Assembly (NCBI GenBank): GCA_965207735.1
Contig: OZ242296.1
Location: forward strand, 2,176,001-2,240,000
Length of the DNA stretch: 64,000 nt
Origin: Candidatus Versatilivorator sp.
GTDB taxonomy: Bacteria; Acidobacteriota; Terriglobia; Versatilivoradales; Versatilivoraceae
Direction of reading: 5' to 3'
Shown: positions 49,566 through 57,983 of the stretch, piece after piece
Layout of the letters: every line of letters begins with the position of its first letter
Numbering within the stretch: position 1 is the stretch's first letter
The notes under the pieces: generated by a model
What the model was told of the DNA's origin: nothing
The model's database searches: none
The model's input: only the letters and a program-made list of their open reading frames with translations
Position numbers and translations under genes: made by a program

Positions 49566-50540
49566 TTGAACTGCCACATCCTCTATCACGACAACTGCTT
49601 CGACGGCGCCTGCTCGGCCGCCGTCTTCATGCGCTTCTACCTCTCGAGGATCGAACCAAGAGCCCGTTTCATCCTGTTCGGCCTGTACCATCAGCCCCGC
49701 CAGACCTTTCCCGACCACCTCTTCGGGGGGGACGAGAACGCCATCGTGGACTTCAAGTACGCCAGCCACGAGCGGCTGACCTGGTGGTTCGACCACCACT
49801 ACAGCGCCTTCCTGACTCCCGAGGACGAGGCCCACTTCCGGAGCCGGAACAGCGACCGGATGTTCCACGATCCCAACTACAAGTCCTGCACCAAGATGAT
49901 CGCCGCCATCGGCCACAGCCGCTTCGGGTTCGACTCCGGGGTGCTGGAGGACCTCATCCACTGGGCCGACATCGTGGACGGCGCCCTCTACGCCAGCGCC
50001 CGGGAGGCGGTCGAGGTGGGCGAACCGGCCCAAAAGCTGGCCGCCGTCATCGAGGCCAACCGGGACGCCGCCTTCTCCCACCGCATCATCCGCCAGCTCT
50101 CCCAGCAGCCCCTCGACCAGGTGGCCACCCAAGCCGAGGTGCTGGACCGCTACCGCCCCCTGCACCGGCACCACTCCGACAACATCCGCACCATCCGGGA
50201 GGTCTCCGAATGCAGCCGAGGGGTGACCTTCTTCGACCTGATCCCCTTCGGCATGGAGGGCTACAACAAGTTCATCCCCTACCATCTCCACCCCGAATGC
50301 AACTACCACGTCAGCCTGATGCAGTCTCCCCAGCGCACCAAGGTCTCGGTGGGCTCCAACCCCTGGAGCCCCAACCCCCGCCGCCACAACCTGGCCCGCA
50401 TCTGCGAACGCTACGGGGGCGGCGGCCATCCGGTGGTGGCCGCCATCTCCCTGCCTCCCGGCCAGGCAGACCGCGCCCGCCAGGTGGCGCGGGAGATCGT
50501 GGAGGAGCTTCAGGGATCCACCAAGGACGCGAAGAAATAA
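49566..50540 (+). CDS. DHH-family phosphoesterase
   Basis: YHDNCFDG, VDF, FDHH, GGGGH; start uncertain (TTG 49566). Confidence 0.85.
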   Translation: MNCHILYHDNCFDGACSAAVFMRFYLSRIEPRARFILFGLYHQPRQTFPDHLFGGDENAIVDFKYASHERLTWWFDHHYSAFLTPEDEAHFRSRNSDRMFHDPNYKSCTKMIAAIGHSRFGFDSGVLEDLIHWADIVDGALYASAREAVEVGEPAQKLAAVIEANRDAAFSHRIIRQLSQQPLDQVATQAEVLDRYRPLHRHHSDNIRTIREVSECSRGVTFFDLIPFGMEGYNKFIPYHLHPECNYHVSLMQSPQRTKVSVGSNPWSPNPRRHNLARICERYGGGGHPVVAAISLPPGQADRARQVAREIVEELQGSTKDAKK

Positions 50541-50548
50541 AAAGAGTA

Positions 50549-50790
50549 ATCCACGAAGGGTCACGAAGGGGTTGGAGGAAAACCCAGAGGGATCCGCCAA
50601 GGGTCGGTAAGGGGGAAGGAGTAGTGCCCCCCCGGGAGCGCGGGCGTCTCGCCCGCATTCGACTTGGCATGATGGAAACGATCCCCCTAAGGGTGAGTTG
50701 GGTGCGCTTTGCGAGGGAGTGGCCGGGGGCGGCAGACTGTTTGCAGGAATTCGGTTGCGGGCGGGACGCCCGCGTTCCCGGGGGGGCCAT
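50549..50790 (+). repeat. Composite of family C and family B repeats
   Basis: CCACGAAGGGTCACGAAGGGG followed by a full B unit; same order at 54707-55045. Confidence 0.8.
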
Positions 50791-50886
50791 TCCTTTGCCG
50801 GTTTCCCGTGCGTCCATACTTCGTTGGCGACTTGGCGCACCGCACCTATTTCTTGGACCATTCTCGCTTTGGAGGCAATACGGCTC

Positions 50887-51507
50887 GTGAAGAAAGACCA
50901 CCCGGGAGCGCGGGCGTCTCGCCCGCACAAGGCCTGGCACGAACGTGGCTACCTCCCGCACTTCGATGAAGCGGGAACGGTGCAATTTCTCACTTTCCGC
51001 CTTGTTGACGCGGTTCCCGCCGCGACAGTCACCGCCTGGAAAACCGAACTGAAGCTCAGTGGCGGTGAAACGGCCGACGATCCCCGCTGTGCGCGCCTTC
51101 GCGGCCGAATCGAGCGTTTCGCCGACCAGGGACACGGCGCCTGCTGGCTGAAAGACGCCCGCGCCGCGCAGGTGGTCCAGGATGCGCTGCTGCATTTTGA
51201 CGGTGAGCGGTATCGGCTTCTGGCGTGGGTCATCATGCCCAATCACGTGCATGCGGTAATCGAGACACTGCCCGGCTTTCCCTTGGACGGGGTCATTCAC
51301 TCCTGGAAGTCGTTCACTGCCAAGCGGGCCAATCGACTCTTGGGCCGGACTGGCGCCTTCTGGATGGGAGACTACTTCGACCGCTATGTCCGCGATGAGG
51401 CACATCTCTGGGACGTAATGCGTTACATGGAAGAGAACCCCGCAAAGGCGGGTTTGGTGCGCTTCGCAAGGGAGTGGCCGTGGATGGGAGGCTGTCTACA
51501 GGAATAA
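50887..51507 (+). CDS. REP-associated tyrosine transposase (RAYT, Y1 HUH)
   Basis: RGYLPH, FLTFRL, WVIMPNHVH, WKSFTA, FW..YFDR..RD, RYMEENP.KAGL; GGAGG RBS before GTG. Confidence 0.93.
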   Translation: MKKDHPGARASRPHKAWHERGYLPHFDEAGTVQFLTFRLVDAVPAATVTAWKTELKLSGGETADDPRCARLRGRIERFADQGHGACWLKDARAAQVVQDALLHFDGERYRLLAWVIMPNHVHAVIETLPGFPLDGVIHSWKSFTAKRANRLLGRTGAFWMGDYFDRYVRDEAHLWDVMRYMEENPAKAGLVRFAREWPWMGGCLQE

Positions 51508-51513
51508 GACCCA

Positions 51514-52126
51514 CCCGGGAGCGCGGGCGTCTCGCCCGCACAAGGCCTGGCACCATGGAAACGATCCCCCTAAAGGTGAGTTGGGTGCGCTTTGCGAGGG
51601 AATGGCCGCGGACGGCAGGCGGCTTGCAGGAATAAGGTTGCGGGCGGGACGCCCACCCGGGAGCGCGGGCGTCTCGCCCGCACAAGGCTCGGCACCATGG
51701 AAACGATCCCCCTAAAGGTGAGTTGGGTGCGCTTTGCGAGGGAATGGCCGCGGACGGCAGGCGGCTTGCAGGAATAAGGTTGCGGGCGGGACGCCCACCC
51801 GGGAGCGCGGGCGTCTCGCCCGCACAAGGCTCGGCACGAAGGAAACGATCCCCCTGAAGGTGAGTTGGGTGCGCTTTGCGAGGGAATGGCCGTGGATGGG
51901 AGGCTGTTTGCAGGAATAGGGTTGCGGGCGGGACGCCCGCGTTCCCGGGGGTTTGGTGCACTATGCGAGGGAATGGCCGTGGATGGGAGGCTGTTTGCAG
52001 GAATAAGGTTGCGGGCGAGACGCCCGCGTTCCCGGGGGTTGGTGCACTGTGCGTGGGAATGGCCCTGGACCGCAGGCTGTTTGCAGGAATAAGGTTGCGG
52101 GCGGGACGCCCGCGCTCCCGGGGGGG
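51514..52126 (+). repeat. Tandem array of family B
   Basis: 142-bp period (51514, 51656, 51798) followed by two shorter units of about 85 bp. Confidence 0.93.
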
Positions 52127-52194
52127 CCTTTCCAATGGTGCGGTGGGCTCCGACAGTGGCAGCCTTTACCCGTCCGACCGCACGGCAACTCCAC

Positions 52195-54456
52195 TTACTC
52201 TTCTTCCGGCGAATCCGCCGGGCAGCCGGCGGACTCCGGATCCGAATCCGGAATCAACACGCGGATGCGGTGATTGACCCGGTCCGAGAGGTAAATCCTG
52301 CCGGTGCCGGCAATCGCCACGTCGGTGATGGCCCCCAGCCGGGCCTCGGTAGCGGGCACCCCGTCCCCGCTGTTCCCAATCATTCCCGTGCCCGCAATGG
52401 TGCTAATCGTCCCCGTGCAGGCATCCACCTTGCGGATTCTGAAGTTCACCGTGTCCGCGATGAACACGTTGCCCGAAGCGTCTACCGCCACGCCTTCGGG
52501 ATGCCCCAGCATGGCCTCGGCCGCCGGGCCTCCGTCCCCGCCATAACCGAACCGCCCCGTGCCCGCGATCGTGCTGATCGTCCCGGTCCCCGCCTCCACC
52601 TTGCGGATCCGGCTGTTCAACGTGTCCGCGATATAGACGTTGCCGGCGCCATCGACCGCCACACCGACCGGAAGCCTGAGCATGGCCTCGATCGCCGGGC
52701 CCCCGTCTCCGCCGTATCCATGACCGAGCCGTCCTCCGATGCCGGCAATTGTGCTGATCGTCCCCTTTGAAGCATCCACCTTGCGGATGCGGGAGCTGGC
52801 CCTGTCGGAGATGTAGAGGTTGCCGGCGATGTCGACCGCCACGTCATGAGGGTACGCCAGCATGGCCTCGGTCGCCGGGCCCCCGTCCCCGCCATAACCG
52901 AACCGCCCCGTGCCCGCGACCGTGCTGATCGTCCCGGTCCCCGCCTCCACCTTGCGGATCCGGTGATTGTAGGTGTCGGCGAGGTAGATGCTCCCGGAAT
53001 CATCCGCCGCAACGCCCACGGGGAACCCCAATCGGGCCCCGGTGGCCCGTTCGCCGTCGCCGCTGTCACCTCCTTCTCCCGTCCCCGCCCGGGTGGTGAT
53101 CCCGCCCGCCGAGAGGCTCGACTGGCGGATCCGGTTATAGCCGTAGTCCGCGGTGAAGATGTTGCCGAAGCCATCCACCGCCAGGCCGCGTGGTCTCGAG
53201 AGCTTGCCGGGCCCGGCCAGGGAATTATCCACCTGTCCCCCGCCGGCAATCGTGTCGATCGTGCCCGTCTCCGCGTCCAGCTTGCGGACCCGGTTATGGG
53301 CAGCGATATAGACGTTTCCGGCGCCGTCCACCGACACCCCCCTAACCAATCCGACTCGGGCCTCGGTCGCCGGGCCCCCGTCCCCGCTGTAACCGCGCTC
53401 CCCCACGCCCGCGATCGTTTGGATCGTCCCGGTGGCTCCATCCACCTTGCGGATGCGGTACCAGTCCGCGATGTAGAGATTGCCGGCGCCGTCCAACGCC
53501 ACTCCCTCGATTCGGCTCAGTCCAGCCTCGATGGCGGGTCCGCCGTCCCCGCTGAAACGAGCTTCTCCGTTCCCCGCGACGGTGCTGATCACGCCGCTGG
53601 CCCCATCCACCATGCGGATGCGGTCGTTCCCGTAATCCGCCACGTAGAGCTTTCCGGAATCATCCACCGCCAGGCCCCGCATCTCTCCCAACTGCGCCTC
53701 GGTGGCCGGGGCCCCGTCTCCGTCGAAGCCCCGCTCTCCGGTCCCTGCGACCGTACTGATCGATCCCGTGGCCCCATCCACTTTGCGGATGCGGAATCTG
53801 CCCCCGATGTAGAGGTTCCCGGCGGCATCCACCGCCAAGTCGCCGGCAAAGAGCCGGGCTTCGGTCGCCGGGCCCCCGTCCCCGCTGTAACCGCGTTTTC
53901 CCGTGCCGGCCACCACGCTGATGGTTCCCGTCATCGGGTCCACCTTGCGAACCACGGTGCCGGCCGGGATGTAGAGGTTGCCCTGACCGTCCACCGCCAC
54001 CGCGCCGGGGAATCCCACCTGAGCCTCCCTTGCCGGCCCACCGTCGCCGACCCGGCCCGGTTCGCCGGTGCCGGCGATCGTGTCAATCATTCCCGTCACC
54101 CCGTCCACCCTGCGGATGCGGTGGTGTCCCCAATCGGCGATGTAGAGATTGCCGCCGGAATCGACCGCCACCGCACGGGGGGACTCGAGCCAGGCCCGGG
54201 TGGCCGGGCTGCGGTCCCAGACGTCGTCGTTCCCCGCAACGGAGTCGAGCGTGTAGCCCGAGTGGGAAATGTCGATCGGTTCAACGACGTCTTGCCCGAG
54301 GAGCATGCAGGGAGCCAGGAGGAGGGCCAGTCCGGCGGCGACGGCAACCGTCATCTCCAGCAGGGCCCGGCCAAGCGTCCCACGGTCGCCTTCGGAGAGC
54401 CCATCTCCCGGATTGGTCAAGTGGATGGAGTGGCTACTGGAATCGGGGTAAATCAT
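52195..54456 (-). CDS. Secreted/anchored NHL-repeat beta-propeller protein
   Basis: About 12 repeats of P.GVAVD..GNLYIAD..N.RIRKVD..TG.I.T.AG.G..G..GDGGPA; AGGAGG RBS; hydrophobic leader. Confidence 0.92.
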   Translation of the reverse strand: MIYPDSSSHSIHLTNPGDGLSEGDRGTLGRALLEMTVAVAAGLALLLAPCMLLGQDVVEPIDISHSGYTLDSVAGNDDVWDRSPATRAWLESPRAVAVDSGGNLYIADWGHHRIRRVDGVTGMIDTIAGTGEPGRVGDGGPAREAQVGFPGAVAVDGQGNLYIPAGTVVRKVDPMTGTISVVAGTGKRGYSGDGGPATEARLFAGDLAVDAAGNLYIGGRFRIRKVDGATGSISTVAGTGERGFDGDGAPATEAQLGEMRGLAVDDSGKLYVADYGNDRIRMVDGASGVISTVAGNGEARFSGDGGPAIEAGLSRIEGVALDGAGNLYIADWYRIRKVDGATGTIQTIAGVGERGYSGDGGPATEARVGLVRGVSVDGAGNVYIAAHNRVRKLDAETGTIDTIAGGGQVDNSLAGPGKLSRPRGLAVDGFGNIFTADYGYNRIRQSSLSAGGITTRAGTGEGGDSGDGERATGARLGFPVGVAADDSGSIYLADTYNHRIRKVEAGTGTISTVAGTGRFGYGGDGGPATEAMLAYPHDVAVDIAGNLYISDRASSRIRKVDASKGTISTIAGIGGRLGHGYGGDGGPAIEAMLRLPVGVAVDGAGNVYIADTLNSRIRKVEAGTGTISTIAGTGRFGYGGDGGPAAEAMLGHPEGVAVDASGNVFIADTVNFRIRKVDACTGTISTIAGTGMIGNSGDGVPATEARLGAITDVAIAGTGRIYLSDRVNHRIRVLIPDSDPESAGCPADSPEEE

Positions 54457-54706
54457 GGTCTTGCTCCTCCTATGCGGCCGGGCAGGCGGGCGGCACAGTT
54501 TATTGGCCTGAAGGGAGAATCTGTTTCAGGAAGGAACCCTATCCCGTGGCCGCCAGGTCGAATCACCGGCGACAACGAGTGAACCGTCCATTTTCCCTTT
54601 TCCGTGGAATCGGGCAGTCCGATGCCGTATCGACCACAAGGGTTGCCTCCTATCTGTTTCAGACCCAGTCGGAGTTCGATCCCGATAAGGCAACCACAGG
54701 GGTTGA

Positions 54707-55045
54707 TCCACCAGGGAACACGAAGGTCGGCGAAGGGTCACCAAGGAGTTGGAGGACGATCCAGAGGGGTCCGCCAAGGGTCGGGAGCGGCGAAGGAGCA
54801 AAGCCACCCGGGAGCGCGGGCGTCTCGCCCGCACAAGGCCCGGCACCATGGAAACGATCCCCTAAAGGTGAGTTGGGTGCGACTTGCGAGGGAATGGCCG
54901 TGGATTGCAGGCTGTTTGCAGGAATAAGGTTGCGGGCGGGACGCCCGCGCTCCCGGGGGGTTTGGCGCGACTTGCGAGGGAGTGGCCACGGACGGCAGGC
55001 TGTTTGCAGGAATAAGGTTGCGGGCGGGACGCCCGCGCTCCCGGG
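54707..55045 (+). repeat. Composite of family C and family B repeats
   Basis: Homologous to 50549-50790 and 51514-52126. Confidence 0.85.
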
Positions 55046-55158
55046 CCAACCTTCATACTCTAGCGGTTTGGTGGTACACTGTGCAGGCATCGGTTTCCTT
55101 CCAGAATAGATTTAACTAACTGGATAAGAGTAACTTAACGAATTCCGATACCGGAATG
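55046..55158 (-). pseudogene. Remnant of IS1380 left end and first transposase codons
   Basis: MPAQCTTKPLEYE vs MPTQCNTKPLEFE (24185); upstream DNA also aligns to about 24117-24184. Confidence 0.8.
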
Positions 55159-56316
55159 GACACCACGCCGAACGAGCCGCACGACCTCGATAGTCCCGGC
55201 AAGAGCCAGACGGTATCCATCGTGGTGCCGACCTTTCGCGAGGCGGCCAACATTCCCCGCCTGGCCGAGCGCATTCAGGCCGCCCTCTCCGACAGCGGAC
55301 TTGCCTGGGAGCTGCTGCTGGTCGACGACAACTCGGAGGACGGTAGCGAGGCCGTGGCGGCGGAGCTGGCGGGCCGCCTGCCCGTGCGCCTGGTGACGCG
55401 CCGCCGACCGCCTCGGGACCTGTCGCTCTCCGTGATCGAGGGAATCCGGCTCAGCCGCTTCGACCGGCTGGTGGTGATGGATGCCGATCTGTCCCATCCG
55501 CCCGAGCGCATCGCCGATCTGCTGGCCGCCCTCGAGGCCGATTGCGACATGGTGATCGGCAGCCGCTACGCGCCGGGCGGCCTCATCGATCGGACCTGGA
55601 GCCCCTGGCGCTTGCTGAATTCCCGCCTGGCAACCTCATTGGCGCTTCCCCTGGTCGGCTGCTCCGATCCCATGGCCGGGTTCTTCGCGACCGACCGCCG
55701 CCGGCTACCGGACCTTCAGAGCTTGCAACCCATCGGCTACAAGATCGCCCTGGAGCTGATGGTGCGCGGGAAATTGCGGGTCAAGGAACTGCCCATCGAC
55801 TTCCGCGACCGCAGCCTGGGCTCCAGCAAGATGAACTGGAGGCAGCAGCTCAACTACCTACGTCACCTGTACCGTCTCTACCGGTGCAAGTTCGGCGGGC
55901 CGACCCGGCTTCTCTGCTTCGGGCTGGTAGGCGCCAGCGGCCTGGTGATCGATGTCGCTTGCTACCTCGGTCTGCAGTGGATCGGCCTCGAGCACCGCCT
56001 GGCGCGTTTGCTGTCCTTCTGGCCGGCCGTCACCTGGAACTGGCGCCTCAACCGGAGCTTCACCTTCGGCGAGCGCCCTCGGGAGCCCCGCGTGCACCAA
56101 TGGGGAAAGTTCGTGGCCGGCAGCCTGGTGGGGCTCAGCGTGAACGTGGGCGGCTACACGGTCTTGACCAGCCTGGTCGACTTCTTCGCCTCTCATCGAC
56201 TGCTGGCGCTCCTGTTGGGCGTCCTCCTGGGCACCGTCGTCAACTTTCTGCTTGCAAACCTCTATGTCTATCGCCTGCACTCGGAAAGGCCTGGAATCGA
56301 GGCTTCAGGGAAATGA
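55156..56316 (+). CDS. GT2 polyprenol-phosphate mannose synthase (Dpm1-like) fused to GtrA flippase domain
   Basis: VDDNSEDG, MDADLSHPPE, GSRY, DPMAGFF, F.DR..G.SK; C-terminal FGLVG..G..D, N..LNR.FTF. Confidence 0.88.
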   Translation: MDTTPNEPHDLDSPGKSQTVSIVVPTFREAANIPRLAERIQAALSDSGLAWELLLVDDNSEDGSEAVAAELAGRLPVRLVTRRRPPRDLSLSVIEGIRLSRFDRLVVMDADLSHPPERIADLLAALEADCDMVIGSRYAPGGLIDRTWSPWRLLNSRLATSLALPLVGCSDPMAGFFATDRRRLPDLQSLQPIGYKIALELMVRGKLRVKELPIDFRDRSLGSSKMNWRQQLNYLRHLYRLYRCKFGGPTRLLCFGLVGASGLVIDVACYLGLQWIGLEHRLARLLSFWPAVTWNWRLNRSFTFGERPREPRVHQWGKFVAGSLVGLSVNVGGYTVLTSLVDFFASHRLLALLLGVLLGTVVNFLLANLYVYRLHSERPGIEASGK

Positions 56317-57980
56317 CCAAGCGGAAGAAAGCAAGAAGAAACCGGCCCCGAGCGCGACGGGCCGCCGCGCAGCCCGCCTTGCCACGGATTCGGGCGGCGC
56401 TCGACATCCTGCTGCATCCAAGGCAGACCGACCGGCCCTGGAAATATCTGCCGCTGGTGCTGGCGCTGGCATTTGCGGTGCGCTCCGCGGTGGCTTTGTC
56501 GGGTGACTTCGTTCTGCACCCCGACGAGATCATGCAGTACCTGGAGCCGGCACACCGCCTGGTTTTCGGCAGCGGCGTCACCTACTGGGAATACTTCTAC
56601 GGCGCGCGCTCCTGGCTGGTGCCCGGAACGGTGGCCGGCGTCCTCATGCTGTTCGACGCCGTCGGCCTGGGTCAGCCGTCCTGGTACGTGGGCGGCGTCA
56701 AGCTGCTGTTCTGCGCCATCTCGCTGACGATTCCGGCCGGCATGTACTTCTTTGCCCGACGCCACTTCAGCGAAACCGCAGGGAGAGTAGCCTTGCTGGC
56801 GGGCGCCTTCTGGTACGAACTGGCCGGCTTCGCCCACAAACCCATGACCGAGTTCGTAGCCACGGCTCCGCTGGTGGCGCTGCTGGCGCTCTCCGTGCGG
56901 CCCTCCCCGGCAAACGCCCGCACGGTCTGGATGGCGGCCTTTCTCGGCGTCCTGACGGCAGCCATACGGTTGCAGTACGCACCGGTTGCGCTGGTGCTGC
57001 TGGGAATCGTGTTTCTGCGAACCGGGAAGAGGATTCAGCTCACACTGGCCGGGGCCGGGTTTGCCGTCGCCTTCGGCCTGTTCGACGCTATCTCGTGGAA
57101 CGGCGGCCTGTTCCACTCCTACGTCACCAACATCCGCTTCAACCTCGTTCTCGGTGCGGCGCGCACCGGAGAGAGTCCGGCCTACCAGTTCCTGTTGTGG
57201 CTCGCCATCGCGGGCCTGGGGCTGAGCCTGCTTTGCCTGGCGATGGCCTTGCGCCGGGTGCGGCGCTACGGATTCCTGCTGGGGCTGATCGCCCTGGTCC
57301 TGCTGCTGCATTCCCTGCAAGCCCACAAGGAGTACCGTTTCATCTTTGCCGTCATTCCGCTCTGGATCCTGATCGGCGCCGACCTGGCGGCGCGGTTGGC
57401 GGCGCGCGGGGACGGGTCGCGCCGGTTTGCCGGACTTGCAGCCGCCGGGTTCGCCGCCGTTTCCCTGGCAGGGATCCTGAATGGACTGCCCTACCAGGAC
57501 CGGGTGTACCGAGCCTGGTCGAGGGAGACCGGAGTGGTGGGCTTCGTCCGCAATCAGGACCCCATCTTCCCCGCTTATCGCTATCTTGCCCGCGCGCCCG
57601 GGGTGACCGGGGTATGGCAGGTCGACCGCGCCTATTACAATCTCCCGGGATACTACTACCTGCACCGCAAGATACCCTTCTACGACAGGGGCACGGGGAC
57701 CAGCCTCAAAGGGAATGTGGAAGCGGTTTCGTCCCGGGTCAGTCACATCGTATCCGCGGACCCCGGCTTTTCCGTTCCCGGATACTCCCTGGACCAGACA
57801 TTCGGCGAAGTTCGCATCTTGCGCCGCGACGAGAACGAACCGCCCGTCCGACCCTGGATCGACTACGCTCCCATCATGGTGTCCAATCGCTTTAGACGGA
57901 TTATCAGGCGGATAGATCCGGACAGCCCTTCTCCGCCGGCCAATTTCGGGATCCGATTTGCAGACCGGGAAAGGCCGTAG
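56313..57980 (+). CDS. GT22 (PIG-B/Alg9-like) mannosyltransferase
   Basis: HPDE..Q.LEPAHRLVFG.G..YWEY..G.RSW and HKEYRFI motifs; multi-TM. Confidence 0.82.
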   Translation: MTKRKKARRNRPRARRAAAQPALPRIRAALDILLHPRQTDRPWKYLPLVLALAFAVRSAVALSGDFVLHPDEIMQYLEPAHRLVFGSGVTYWEYFYGARSWLVPGTVAGVLMLFDAVGLGQPSWYVGGVKLLFCAISLTIPAGMYFFARRHFSETAGRVALLAGAFWYELAGFAHKPMTEFVATAPLVALLALSVRPSPANARTVWMAAFLGVLTAAIRLQYAPVALVLLGIVFLRTGKRIQLTLAGAGFAVAFGLFDAISWNGGLFHSYVTNIRFNLVLGAARTGESPAYQFLLWLAIAGLGLSLLCLAMALRRVRRYGFLLGLIALVLLLHSLQAHKEYRFIFAVIPLWILIGADLAARLAARGDGSRRFAGLAAAGFAAVSLAGILNGLPYQDRVYRAWSRETGVVGFVRNQDPIFPAYRYLARAPGVTGVWQVDRAYYNLPGYYYLHRKIPFYDRGTGTSLKGNVEAVSSRVSHIVSADPGFSVPGYSLDQTFGEVRILRRDENEPPVRPWIDYAPIMVSNRFRRIIRRIDPDSPSPPANFGIRFADRERP

Positions 57981-57983
57981 CCG

